Shown here in pieces: positions 23,592 through 37,900 of a stretch of DNA of 64,000 bases (the first letter of the stretch is position 1; each line of letters begins with the position of its first letter). Source of the DNA: Azolla caroliniana (lineage: Eukaryota > Plantae > Polypodiophyta); the NCBI GenBank assembly GCA_043228905.1, contig JBHGNT010000012.1, positions 18,166,001 to 18,230,000 of the forward strand, written 5' to 3'. The translations under genes were made by a program, and so were the position numbers. The notes below the pieces were generated by a model. It was not told the origin of the DNA and did not search any database. It saw only the letters and a program-made list of their open reading frames with translations.

Positions 23592-26500
23592 TGATAACAT
23601 ATGATATATTATGTGAAGAGTAAATACAAAATAGTTATGAGGCTTAAGACTAGCGTTGAACCAATTTGGTTCGAAATAATGCCTTGTGCCTCCTTTTATA
23701 GTGTTCTCAGGAGTAGTCCTCAAGCTTCTAGAATGTTCCAAAGAAATTTGGAATGTACATTAATTTTCTATAGTAAAACTTAAATGACAATAATATCCTA
23801 CGTATTACAATAGATAGTGTAATGGTCAAGAGCTGGACCCATATAACATAAGGTCATGGGTTCGAGTCTTGCCATATCATGACATTATCCCCCCTTAAAA
23901 CGACGAGTGTTACGAGTCCACGTTGATTGGGGATCACGTTTGTTCAGATACTGTCGGTGGAAATCAGCAAGAAGATCCTCAGCATTGGCGACATGCTCGA
24001 TGGGTTCCCAAGTATGTTCACTCGAAACAAACTTGGAGTCGAGGACAGCAATAACTTCATACTCCGGGACGACGGTAGTGTAACACGATCGGGAATAGTG
24101 TTGGCCTGATAAGGTTCGAGAAGAGAACTATGGAAGACCAGATGTATATGAACGTGCGGAGGAAGATCAAGGCGGAATGTGACCTCATTAATCTTGCTAG
24201 TAATACGGAAAGGACCGAGTCATCGATAATCCAATTTGTCGCATGATGGAGTAGTCTTGATGTGACAACATAAGAGTCATACTCTTCTCCGATGGCAAAA
24301 GAGGAGGGAAGCCGATGACGATCTGCATAAGTCTTCTGTGTGTGTTGAGCATGATGAAGATTAGTAGATAGATCTGTCTGAATCTTGCGTAGCCTCTCCA
24401 AATGATCCTCGACACGAGGATTGGTAGGTAGCTCCGGAGTGTCAATCACAGACCAGCGAGGATGAGAACCAGTAGAACTGTAAAATGGGGAGACCCGGGT
24501 GGAGGAGTGAATAGTCTTGTTGATAACTCAGAAAACACCGAAGATATTGTTCCAGCATTTGGTTTGTTCGTTCCGCTTGCCCATCAGTTTTTGGGATGAT
24601 AGCCGAAGGAGAGGTTGCAAGAGACCTTGAGCATCTTGAAGAGACGCTTCCAAAATTTGGAGACGAATTGAGGTCCCTGGTCACTGATGATATTGTTTGG
24701 GAGGCCATGATGCTGAAAAACCTCACACATGACAAGGGCGGTAGTTTCCTCACTAGTGATGGCCTTAGTACAAGGCAAAAAAATGTATCATCGTAGTATA
24801 TCGGTCAACGACGGTTAATATAGCATCGAAGCCCTTCGAGACTGGAAGATCTGTGATAGAATCAAGACAAATGGATTGCCACGGCTTACTTGGAATTGGT
24901 AAGGATTCCAACAAGACATATGGATCATGTAGTGGCATCTTTGCTCGACAACAAGCATCACAGGTCTGAACGTAGTCGTCGACAAAACATCGCATATGGG
25001 GCCACCAAAAAGATCGTCGGACTAGATCCAACGTCCTAGTACTACCGAAATGTCCAGTTGTATGGGTGTCATGACAATTTTGGACGATTTGAAGGTGATA
25101 GGAGCAATCGGGGACATACATGAGCTTTTTAAAGAATAATAAACCATCATGATATTCAAATTGTCGGTAGTCCATACCTGGTTGTTGAGACTGGGAATAG
25201 GATGCCCGAGAGGCATCAATTTGCGCTAGAATGTCTTGAGCAAAACTATCTGTCTTCAAATTGGAATGTATGGCATCGATAATCTGGGAATCCAGTGGAG
25301 TGTGAAAAATCCGCGCTGTGTGCAAACATGTTGGTTCCAAGATTACATGCTTTTGATTATCAAATGTTGGATCACCAAGACGAGGTGCAAGATATGATTG
25401 TCGCGATAGTGCATTTTCTTTTCCTTGTTGCTTCCCCGGCCGATATCTAATTTTGAAGTCAAAACACGTGAGGAATTGGGCCCATCGATCTTGTCGTCGA
25501 TTTAGTACGCGAGCGTTCTAGAAATAAGCAAGATTATTGTGATCACTGAAGACGATGACCTCATGAGGAGAGCCATCTAAGAAGTGCCTCCATTGTACAA
25601 ACGAATCCACGATGGTTAATAACTCCTTGTCATGTATCTTGTAGTTGATTTCCGCGGCATCAAATTTGCGCGAGCGGAAAGCCACAGGATGTAACTCTTC
25701 TTTATCTCCTTGTTGTGAAAGGATGCTACCGAGGGCTATACCCTAAACCCTCTAAGAAGTACCTCCATTGCACAAATGAATCCACGATGGTTAATAACTC
25801 ATTGTCATGTATCTCGTAGTTGATTTCTGCGGCATCAAATTTGCGCGAGTGGAAAGCCACAGGATGTAACTCTTCTTTATCTCCTTGTTGTGAAACGATT
25901 CTACCGAGGGCGAAATCTGATGCGTCGGCCTCTATGATGAATGGTTTGTTTGTATCCACGTGAGCTAGAATAGGAGCTGATGTAACGGCTTTCTTAAGAT
26001 GCATAAAAGCCATGTCCGCTTAATTGGACCAAAGAAATGACTGTCCCTTTTTGGTAAGTTGTGTGAGAGGAAAAATAATCTTCGAGTAATCTTGTATAAA
26101 CTTGCGATAGAAGTTAGCAAAGCCTAGGAAACATTGCACATCTCGTAACGAACATGGAGTTTGCCACTCTAGCACAATTTTGACTTTAGCTGGATCCATG
26201 GAGATGCCTTTTGAGCAGATGATGTAGCCTAGAAATTCCACTTGCTCGTAGTCAAAGCTACATTTTTCTAGTTTGGCATAAAGACCATGCTCTCGGAGTC
26301 GTTTTAGTACTAATAGTACATGAGAATCATGCTCTTCCTGGGTCTTCGAATAAATCAATAGATCATCCAAATAGATAATCCAATAAATATCCAAGAGGTC
26401 TCTAAATATATCATTTGCCATCTGTTGGAAGATTGTGGGCGTATTGGTTAGACCGAACAACATAACGGTATACTCGAAGTGCCCATATCGGGTGCGAAAA

Positions 26501-29095
26501 GCGGTCTTCCATTCGTCTCCCAGTCAGATCCGCACGAGGTTGTAAAAAACTTGATATAAGGGGAAGTGCATACCTATTCCTGATGGTGACCTTATTCAAG
26601 CCGTGGTAATCAACGACGAGATGAAGGGATCCATCTTTTTTCTTGACAAAGAAAATGGGTGCACCGGCCGAAGATTTCGAATGATGAATAAACCCGTTTG
26701 CCAAATTCTCCTCTATGTAGGCTCGAAGGACTGCCAACTCGGTTGGGGACAAGTTGTAAATCGGTCCCCGCGGTGGCTCTTTTCCTAGTTGTAAATCGAT
26801 GGGACAATCATAGGGATGATGATGAGGAAGAGTACCGATTTTTACCTTATCAAATACATCGGCATAAGGATGATATTTCGCGCGAAGTTGAACTAAGGAT
26901 TCCTTCTTAATAGTGTTGGAATGATGTATTGATATTGCAAATAGAAACATTGACTCTTTGCGTCCTTCTTCGCGTAATTGATGGAGCGAAATGGTCAAAA
27001 CTCGATGAGTAGATTCTCGAGGTTGTCGATACCAGACTTCTCTTGTTCTCCAATCTATGTCTGGATTATGTAATTCAAACCAAGGTAATCCCAGGACAAT
27101 GGGATGCTCTAGACTACTAATTATATTAAATGATACCACACACACAAAGCTATCTAGGACAACCTGAATGGGTTCTGACTCTTCTATGATATTCCCAGAA
27201 GGAATGGGATGACCATCAATGACTACTACAGATGTGGGGCAAGGAAGTTTTCTTAAGGATATTTGAGAAGCTTGGGCAAAATTCTGATCCATGAAACAAG
27301 ATTTGGCTCCGGAATTTAAAAGTGCTAAGACGTGTACTAGAGGGGTACTTTTAGTACTAACTATGACTTGGGCTAAGAACACATTGCTAACTTGTTTACA
27401 AGGAATGGAACCACTAATGGGTTGCATAGATCTAGGGTTGTCCAACCTAACAACTTCTATTTTGGTTGGACTTAGTCATGTAACTCTTCCTCTAATTGAC
27501 TAAGGATTTCAAATTTGTTTGAGATACTTGGGCTATCAATACTATTAATACTATCAGACACTCCTAAGGGAATTGACTCGGGTTTAGTACATGCTATGAT
27601 TTGATTACATATCTTCTTGGCCTATGGGGAGAGTTGATCGCGATATGCCCTATTCCACCGCAATAAAGACATAATCCATTTGCACGCCGTCATTGCTTTT
27701 CTTCTTTCGATAACGGGCCACATCGACGCATGGTGTCGATTTCCATCGGTGTCGGAGTATTTGCCTGAGATACATCTCGTGCAAACGGTTTAGCTGCAAC
27801 TGAGGCATATGTGGGCTCTGGTCTAGTCCGAGGTATTTGTAATTGTCATTCCAAACATCGTTCAAAAAGGCGGTTGTCGCATCAAACCGCTCGACTGATT
27901 GCCTCTGTGAGAGATTTTGGTTCTTCAAGGAAGGTTAAAAGTAAATCTTTGACGTCGTTTCACAGGCCGTAGTGAAACTTCTCCATCAGTGCTTGATCAT
28001 CCCAGGCGATATCTGAGGCGAGTAGACGGAAATTTACCGCGTAGGCAGAGGCTGAAATCTTCGGATCTTGTTGATCGTCGTCCTGATGCTGTCGGTATCT
28101 CCAAAGTAGGCTTTAAACTCGCTAATAAAGTCTTCAAAGTTATTAAGCAAGGGAGCTTGTTTTTCTAAAAGCGGAGCGAACCATGCCAAGGCTGAGCTGC
28201 TAAGCAATGTGCCTATTAAGCCTACTCGGGATGCATCAGTGGGATATCGGGAAGGATGCATCTAAATGACTAAACGTACTTGATTAAGAAATCCTCTGAA
28301 TTGGGATCATGTTCCATCGGATTTCACAAGAAGTCCAATCTTGGGCTCTTTATGAAGTCCTTGGGGACTTGATCCTTGTTGTTGCAACACTACGATGGTT
28401 GTTTCGAGTTGTTGCACACGTAACGCTAACTCCCCGTGTTGTTGCTGCATTTGCTATTTTTCTAAAGCGATTTGTTGAAGATCCCCTAACAATCATTGGT
28501 TTTCTTGTTCCAATGCAACAAATTTTTCTTTTAGACACTGAAACTTGAAAAAAACGGATTGATATTCTTGGCCGCTAACAGTAGCCATAGTATTGGAAAA
28601 AGGGGTAAGAGGATAAGGGAAACCGAAAAGAAGACCAAAGGGAGAAAATTGGTTTAAACTTTCAGGAATAGTACTAAAACATAGAGAGAATTAGTACTAG
28701 AGAAGGGAAGTACTATTAGTACTAAGAGGACTAACTGCGTAAGACACACGAGAGAGATAGCGAGGGCGAGAGAGAGAGAGAGAGTGTGTGTGTGTGTGAT
28801 GATAACAGATGATATTATATTATGTGAAGAGTAAATACAAAATAGTTATGAGTCTTAAGACTGGCGTTGAACCAATTTGGTTCGAAATAATTCCTTGTGC
28901 CTCCTTTTATAGTGTTCTCAGGAGTAGTCTTGAAGCTTCTAGAATGTTCTAGAGAAATTTGAACTATGCATTAATTTTCTATAGTAAAATTTAAATGAAA
29001 AGAATATCCTACGTATTACAATAGATAGTGTAATGGTCAAGAGCTCGACCCATATAACATAAGGTCATGGGTTCAATTCTTGCCATATCATGACA
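23448..29095 (-). mobile_element. Tcn1-like chromoviral Gypsy element, degenerate
   Basis: LTRs 23448-23884 and 28660-29095; perfect CCTTT TSD; PPT at 23885-23898; gag, PR, RT (YLDD), RH and IN fragments homologous to the element at 34984-40305. Confidence 0.93.
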
Positions 29096-30399
29096 CCTTT
29101 ACAAACCCAAATTATATGAAGAACACTTACGATAATAATTAGATTAGTCAGGTAAATACAAACCAATGGCAACGCCAGAGTGTCATGGCACTGGTTAATG
29201 CAACTGTGGGCCAAGGGAGAACTCGGCCTCATAGACCCCTTAACGTAGAGTTGAGCATTGCTTGCAGAAATGGTGGTTCCATACCTCCTACCATGTAAGG
29301 AGTGTTGGAAGGTAATCCTTCACAACAGGTTGCAATAAGGGACTCCCAAGTATGGTAGGTGATGAGGTAGAGATGATAGAAAGGAGAGATAAGGAAGATA
29401 AAAAGACCCAAAACCACAAAGCCCTATTGCTAATGAATAATTATGATGGAAGGAAGAGAGAAAGAAGATACATAAATCCAAGTCTACAAGGATAAATTGA
29501 TAACAACTCAACCAACACTACGTGAATAGGCAAGAAAACATCACAAGAAAGATACTCTCTCACACTACCTTACTCTTCTTCCTTTATATAAAGTTCACTT
29601 CCACTGGATAAGCTTCCCTTGCTTTCTTTTTTATGCTTTTTTTAGAGTTTTCATCGAGTCCTATTCTTATCTATGACACAACGATCTTCAAATCGTCATA
29701 TCTCCCTCGTCCGAGCTCCAAATTTAGCGATTTAAAAAGGTATGGATAACTCTCTTCACAAGCTTTCTAACCCATATTTGCACGTTATATTAGGCTTCCA
29801 AACGAATGAGTTATGAGCGTTCGTTTCAGACTGCGTTTTGGTGCCCGCTTTTTTCTTCTTTTACTTTTCTCCATCTTTCTTGCTTTTAGTTTGACTTATC
29901 TGTAAGACCTTAGCTCGTGATCTTGCCCTCCGGATGGGAACGCACCATACCTTATATTCTTGTAGACTTAAATAACTTGAATTCTAAAAACACTTTCACA
30001 GTAGGCATTGGCAAGATTCCTTGAACTGGTGTTGCATGAACTTAATCCCACCCAAGATGTCCTATCATCCGGAGGATAGGGTGACGAAGTCCATCTTGTG
30101 AGCTTGGTGTCACATGCAACAACATTTGGTGAGGCACAACCTGAAGATACTAATGGAATGGACTCAACAACCATTATTTTGGAATTCACAAGTGCGAGCA
30201 GGTGACAACATGATCATAGAGCAGATCAAGGGCATGGCATGGGAAACGTTGGTGTAAACAGGGCTCCATTCTATATTAGATTGGAAATGCAAGGTGAGTC
30301 GCAGGGGTTAAGAAAATGAGGAGGTTGATAGCAGAGACGGTTGACAAGTTCCGGTGGAGGATGTGAGAGGAGATACATGGTTTGGTCTCTTCGATGAGG

Positions 30400-31190
30400 C
30401 TGGAACAGTTACTATGCAGAAGGGCATGAGCGGATCTAGAGGGGCTACATTATTTGGGGAGAGCCAAAGTAGTGGCACCTAACAACTTATATGTGTGGAG
30501 GTACAACTTATATGTGTGGAAGTTGTTGGTCTGGTAATCACTCCCTCGCGGAACTAGAATGGAACCCATGGGATTTCAAGTGGAAACATGGTGGTAGGCT
30601 GCGCCACTTCTTTGATTACAACACTAAATTGGACCAAGCTATACAATTGCAGTTAGAAGGTCCCCTACGCAATGGTTAGCGAACATTGGGCATATCTGAT
30701 GAGGTCCTTCGCGCATTATGGAAGGGTCTCTAGCATCTCCACATGCCTGGTAAGATCAAGCTATTTTGGTGGCAGATCATCCATAAAGTGGTCCCCGAAC
30801 TGGCGAATGGATAGGTAACAAGGAGGCCCGATAGCTTGCTCACTTTGCTCGGCACCTATCGAGACTCTGAAACATTGTTTGTGGGATTGCCCCCAAGCTT
30901 AGAGGATATGTGATAGGGTGACTCAACTCCTACCTGGATGTAGAGTGCAAGGGACAACATCCTAGAGCGCGGCGGCCTAGATCAATCCCTCGGTTGATGG
31001 CTGGATGAATGCCTTTGACACATGTAGTGAGTGTTATGAATGCACAAAAGATAAAATCGTCAAGACCCAATTTGAGAGAGACTTGAAAAACGCATTCCCC
31101 TAATCGCGGGATATTTGGATGTTGATTGTAGGGTTCACCATTTGGTATGTGTGGAAATCTCGTAGCTTAAAGGTGTTCCAAGTTCTAGCA
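30400..31190 (+). mobile_element. Degenerate L1-like LINE 3' fragment (zf-RVT region)
   Basis: Translation near 30720-30920 gives PGKIKLFWWQIIHKVV and ETLKHCLWDCP, typical of the LINE ORF2 zinc-binding region; boundaries approximate. Confidence 0.6.
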
Positions 31191-32139
31191 TGCCCAAGGT
31201 GGAACTACCAGCCCACATTGGTTGTTTCCAACTCACCTCCCACTCTCCCTCCAATGAGGGTCGGGGTTCAAGCTCATGTTGACTAGCGATGGATTTGAAA
31301 ATATGTTTATAGCTCTAGGTTGGAAGCCTTTTTTGGAAAATAAATAAATAAATTTAGATCCACACGAGATGAAATCTCAACTCTATTACATGGAATGGTT
31401 TAAGCGACAAATAGTCAAGGTAGAATTTTAATGATATGATTTGAGGGTAGAGCCTTGTGGAGAGATCCTCAATTTTCTGTATAACGTCCCAACAGACAAC
31501 GACCCTATCGTCTCTTGTCTTTGTTTGTCTTACATGCTCACTTGAATATTCGCATATGTGAACTTGATGTAAATTTCGACAACGCTTTTGCCTTGTACTA
31601 AATTGTGATGAGCCATCATGCCCCCTTTATAGGGTCCTCGAGCTCGTCATGCAAATAAAAATCATAAATGACCTTTTGGCATGCGCCTATACTTATCTTT
31701 CCAAGGTCCCTAGTGTGAATCAAATATATCAGTTCTCACATCCATGCATTCACACTACCATCATTTGACCCATCAAAGTCCACATATTCTTCCAACCTAC
31801 CACCAACGTCCCATACCGCCAGATATTAGGATGACTAATACCTTGGAAGAGATAAACACGACCGTCGAGACGGAAGCCTAGGCCGCACCACTGGTGTCTA
31901 AGACAGCAACCTTCCGACGTAATGTGCTTATGAGGGTAGCTACGCCTCATATTTATACATTTTCTAAAAGGCTCTCCATTCATTGGTTGTCCAAATCCTG
32001 ATAGTGCATGCACTTATCATTCCTTCCATCCAATCACATTACTTCCCTCATCCGAGTTGGAACCAGTGCCGACTTGAATGGAGGAGTGCTCGACAAAAAA
32101 TGATTCGGGCCATTCTAACACAGCAACATGGGAAACCCC

Positions 32140-33230
32140 TCACACATCCATGTGAGTTTGCAATTGAAAAGTAAGTGAGTGGTTGTGCCAATTGATAACA
32201 GGGTTATTGGCTTTCAGCCAAGACAACCCAAGGATGATTGGATGTCGCGGTGAAGTGATGAGGTAAAATGATAAGGCCTCCTTATGGGTTCCGAGCTGCA
32301 AAATGAGGGGGATTGTGGCTTTGGTGACGGCGCTAGAGGAGAGCATTCGCCCATCGATAGCTTCGGTTGGGATTGGAAACAGAGAGTTACCTCGAAGGAA
32401 AAATCGTTAGTAGAACTATGGGAGCAACATGAATTTTTGTTGTCCAACTTCATGGGTCCTACTGTAGTTGGACACCGTTGTTTTTCGAATGTTGGGACCC
32501 ACCAGTGGGATTGTTTGGATAGACTTGTCACATATTGTTTTTGAATGGGCAAAAACGAATTAGATGGGTAGAGGCGCCGCAGTATAGACATAGCCCATTG
32601 GTTCGTCGATGGTGTTGTTCGGTTGCAGTGAGTGGAGCTCGAGCTCGATAAATATCCATCAGCATAGGATCATTGAATGACGTCGTTGGAGAAGATCTCG
32701 CAGTCACTTGGGGTTGTACCATAGGTTTAATGGGGAGAAAGGGCAACAACTTGGAAGTCGTCCGTTCCTCTTGACGAAGTTCAAAAAGGTGGTTGTCGCA
32801 ACTGACTGCTTGCTTGATGGCTTGCGAGAAGGAAGTTGGCTCCAGGAATTTTAGTAGTAGATTCTTAACACCACTTCAAAGGCCCCGACAAAAATGATCA
32901 CAAAGAGCTTGGTCGTCCCACTAAACATCACATGCTAATTGTCTAAATTTAGATGCATAAACGGACATTGGACGCTTACCTTGATGTAATAAATAGAGTT
33001 TGGTAAGGCTTGTTCAATGCCAATCCGTATCCCCAAATGTCGCCTTGAACTCTTTGAGGAAAGCAGGAAAATTGTCTAGGAGTGGCGATGATGTTCTGAC
33101 CAAAGTGCGAACCAGCTTTGTGCAGCTCCCGAGAGAAGGGTCCCAACGAGGCCAACTCAGCAAAAATCATCCACATATCTTAGGGGTTGTAGCCGGATAG
33201 GATAATAAGCTTGATCTGATTTATGAACAA
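32140..33230 (-). pseudogene. Chromovirus gag/protease fragment of a third, diverged family
   Basis: GLCLYCGASTHLIRFCP knuckle and HPIILGLSWL protease motif. Confidence 0.75.
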
Positions 33231-33546
33231 TCATGTTATGACTCGAACTCTTGACCTATTGTATTGTAATCAAATGATATGTCTTAACCAACACATCCAA
33301 CACATGGTCATGTTATCTTATTAGATTATCATAGATTATCTATTCCACATGTAAGAGATTTTAGAAGCTTCTAGAAAGCTCTAGAACTGGAACATTCCAG
33401 AAGGTTGTGCATGAAAAGGAATCTCTGCATGGAACTACAGTTAGATCCCACAAACATGTATAAATACAGGGGTTCACCTTGGCCCTAGTCAAGGTGACCA
33501 ACACCAATTACGAAAACATAATACAGTTCTTGTTCTCTTGTCGATG

Positions 33547-33582
<36 letters not shown>

Positions 33583-33669
33583 GAGTATCGAGCCTCTATC
33601 CTTTTCTTGTTCTTTTTGCTACACTCTTTCTCTCTCTTAGTATTTAACCTCATCTACTCGTCTGTGACG
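33231..33669 (+). repeat. LTR-like sequence (solo or rearranged), related to the chromoviral LTRs
   Basis: TCATG...GACTCGAAC start, TTCTAGAA motifs, TATAAATA at about 33459, CT/CA tract, ends TGTGAC(G). Confidence 0.6.
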
Positions 33670-34562
33670 CTACAAGAATTGTATTATGCTTCCGTAACTG
33701 GTGAAAAATGAGGTGACCCTAGTTGAACCATGTAGCGTATTATTATATGTGAACTCTACTAGTGGTAGAAGGTCAATCCAATTATCTTGTTGGTAGCTAA
33801 GCGAGCACTGAAGGTATTGCTCGAGAATTTGGTTCACCTGCTCAGTTTGGCCATCGGTTTGAGGATGATAGGACGAAGACAAATTCACTGTTATGCCTAG
33901 TGTTTGAAGAAGTCGCTGCAAAATACGAGAGACAAACGAGGGAGCATGTCGAAGGCATGTTGAGCAAATGGAGTTCATTGAAACGACATCCCTTTACGAG
34001 TAAGCTCAATCAAAGGTTGAACGATGATGGAGAACTCCTGGATAAATCGTCGATAGAAATTTGCAAAACCAAGGAACGATTGGACATCCTTTACTTGTTT
34101 TGGAGTGGCCCATTCTTGGATAGTCTTGATTTTCCTTGTATCCATGGTGATGCCCTAGGGTAAGATGACATAACCCCGAAATTCAATGGAATTGCAATCA
34201 AAGTCACATTTTTCTCTCTTGCCAAATAGGCCATGCTCCCTGAGTTTCGAGAGAATCAATCGAACATGGTGAGTATGCTCTTCAATGCTTGACGAGAAGA
34301 CAAGAATGTCATCAAGGTAGATACTGACAAAGTGATCGAGATATTCTCAAAATATGTCATTCATCATATGTTGAAAAACAAATGGAGCATTGGTGGGTCC
34401 AAAAGGCATTAGCTTGTACTTGAAGTGTCTGTATCGCTTACGAAATGTTGTCTTCCATTGATCACCAGGTTTAATCCAAACTAAGTTGTATGCTCCCCAC
34501 AAGTCAATCTTGGAGAAGACATGTGCACTACCAAGGCGATCGAGAAGTTCTGGGATGAGAGG
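33670..34562 (-). pseudogene. Chromovirus RT and integrase fragments with internal deletions
   Basis: [26 protein letters not shown]. Confidence 0.85.
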
Positions 34563-34983
34563 TATCATATAGACCTGTTCTTCAAGGTCACCTTGAAGAA
34601 ACACATTCTTCACGTCCATCTGGTGAAAGATGCCACCCCCTCACCGCAACAACCGCCAGTACCACATGAACCGTCGTCATCTTCTCTACTGGAGAGAAGG
34701 TCTCGTCATAGTCGATTCCGTGGGTCTACCGGTTAACCGAACCGTCGGCATTTTACTTTACCTTGTACATCCATTTGCAACCGAATGGTTTACAGTGTCG
34801 GGGAGGGTCAACGAGGTCCCATGTGTCGTTGGCATCGAGTGCTCGCATTTCTTCTTCCATAGCGGCACACCAATTTGCGTCCTTTGCTCACGCACTTCCG
34901 CCACTTTGGTCATGTACACATCATGATGCGCCATGTTCTCATTGTACCCGTACCGCGTAACGGGGTTCTTCTGGCTGGAAGAC

Positions 34984-37900
34984 GGTCATGATATGGCAAG
35001 ACTCGAACCCATGACCTTATGCTACATGGGTCGAGCTCTTGCCATTAGACTATGAATTGTAATTTGTAGGATATTATTTTCATTTATGCTTTATCATAGA
35101 AAATTGATGTATATTCCAGATCTCTCTGGAACATTCTAGAAGCTTCAGGATTATTCCTAAAAATACTATAAAAGGAGGCACAAGGCATTGTTTTGAACCA
35201 AATTGGTTCAACACCAGTCTTAAGCCTCTTAGCCGATTTGTACTTATCTTTCATATAATATAAGAGTTGTTGTCATCATCTTATCTCTCTCTCTCTCCTC
35301 TTCTCACTTCCTCTCTCTCGGGAATCTTACGCAGTCCCGTCCTCTTAGTACTAATAGTACTACTCTTCTTAGTACTAATTCCATCTCTGCTTTAGTACTA
35401 TTCCTGACAGTTTGAACCAATTTATCCTCTTTCCTCCAGCCTACTTGTCGTTCTCCCTCATCCTCCTACCCTTTTCCCTCTACTATGGCTACTGTTAGCG
35501 CCCAAGAATATCAATCCGTTTTCTCCGAGTTATAGTGCCTAAAAGAAAAGTTTGTTGCCCTGGAACAAGAAAACCAACGGCTGATAGGGGATCTACAAAA
35601 AATCGCTCTAGAAAAGCAACAAACGCAGCAACAACATGGGGAGTTAGCATTACGGGTGCAACAACTCGAAGCGGCATTGCAACAACAAGGACGGAGATCA
35701 ACAAGATCCGGCGATTGCGTCAAGGCGATCGTCCAGCCTTTGTCTACGCGGCGGATTTCCGTCTAGTCGCTTCCGACATACCCTGGGATGATCATGCACT
35801 AATGGAGCAGTTTCGCTATGGCTTGCGAAATAATGTCAAAGATCTACTTCTAACCTTCCCCAAAGAACCAAAGTCTCTTACGGAGGCAATCAGTCGAGCG
35901 GTTCGATGTGACAACCGTCTCTTCGAACGGCGTTCGGAACGTCAATTATAGATACCACGTGCTAGGCCGGAGCCCACTTACGCCGCAGTCGCGGCTAGAC
36001 CGTTTGCACGAGACATACCTCAAGCAAATACTTCGACACCGATGGAGATCGATACCATGCGTCGACGCGGCCCGTTATCGGAAGAAGAAAAGCAATGACG
36101 ACGTGCAAATCGATTATGTCTTTATTGCGGTGGACCAGGGCATATCGCAATCAATTGTCCCCATAGGCCAAGAAGACAGGTAAATCAAATTGTAGCCTGT
36201 ACTAAACCCGAGTCAATTCTTCCCTTAGGAGTGTCTGATAGTATTAATAGTACTAATAGAGTGTTTGATAGTATTCATAGTACTAATAGCCCAAGTATCT
36301 CAAATAAATTTGAAATCCTTAGTCAATTAGATGAAGAGTTAAACGATTGAGTCCAGCCAAAATAGGAGCCGTTTGGTTGGACAACAGCCCTAGATCTGTA
36401 CAGCCCATTAGTGGTTCCATTCCTTCCAAGCAAGTTAGCAATGTGTTCCTAGCCCAAGTCATTGTTAGTACTAAAAGTACTCCCCCAGTACCCGTCCTAG
36501 CACTTTTAGATTCCGGAGCTAATTCTTGTTTCATGGATCGAAATTTTGCCCAAGCTTCTCAGATATCCTTAAGAAAACTTCCTTGTCCCACATCTGTAGT
36601 AGTCATTGATGGTCGCCCCATTGCTTCCGGGAATATTCTAGAAGAATCAGAACCCATTCAAGTTGTCCTAGGTAGTTTTGTGTGTGTAATATCATTTAAT
36701 ATAATTAGTAGTCCAGAGCATCCCATTGTCCTAGGATTACCTTGGTTTGAATTACATAATCCAGCCATAGATTGGAGAACAAGAGAAGTCCGTTATCGAC
36801 CACCCCAAGAATCAACTCACCAAGTTTCGACCATTTCACTCCATCAACTACGCGAAGAAGGACCCAAGGAGGCAATGTTCCTATTTGCAATATCAGTACA
36901 TCCTTCTAGCACTATTAAGAAGGACTCCTCAGTACAACTTCCAGCAAAATATCATCCTTATGCCGATGTATTTGACAAGGTAAAAGCCGGTACCCTTCCC
37001 CATCACCGTCCCTATGACTGTCCCATCGATTTACAACCAGGAACCGACCCACCATGGGGACCAATTTACAACTTGTCAACCACCGAGCTAGAAGTCCTTC
37101 GAGCCTACATAGAGGAGAACTTGGCAAGCGGGTTCATCCGCCATTTGAAATCTCCGGCCGGTGCACCCATCTTCTTTGTCAAGAAGAAAGATGGCTCACT
37201 TCGGCTTGTCGTTGATTACCGCGGATTGAATAAAGTCACCATCCGGAATAGGTATGCACTTCCTCTTATATCAAGTCTTTTAGAGCGAGTTAATGGTGCC
37301 AAGTTTTTTACTAAAATTGACCTACGAGGAGCGTATAACCTCGTGCAGATCCGACCCGGAGATGAGTGGAAGACCGCCTTTCGCACGCGCAGTCTTCCAA
37401 CACATGGGAAATGATATATTCAGAGACCTCTTGGATATATGTTTGATCATTTATCTGGATGATCTATTAATTTATTCGAAGACCCAGGAAGAGCACGATT
37501 CTCATGTAGTATTAGTACTAAAGCGACTCCGCGAGAATGGTCTTTATGCCAAGCTAGAAAAATGTAGCTTTGACTGCAAGCAAGTGGAATTTCTAGGCTA
37601 CGTCATCTCCTCAAAGGGCATCTCCATGGATCCAGCTAAAATCCAAACTGTACTAGAGTGGCAAATTCCACGATCGGTACGAGATGTACAATGTTTTCTA
37701 GGTTTTGCTAACATCTACCGTAAGTTTATACAGGATTACTCAAAGATTATTTTACCTCTCACACAACTTACGAAGAAGGGCCAAGCATTTCTTTGGTCCA
37801 TAGAAGCAGATATGGCTTTTCGGCATCTTAAGAAAGCCTTTACATCAGCACCGATTCTAGCTCATGTGGATACAAGAAAACCATTCATCATGGAGGCCGA

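Noticed and set aside
23812-23875. Functional tRNA genes at the A/B-box modules
   Set aside because: Acceptor, anticodon and T stems do not pair properly, and the modules are parts of LTRs.
29100-30300. Possible gene or element between the chromovirus and the LINE remnant
   Set aside because: Only short ORFs and no termini or motifs that I could support.
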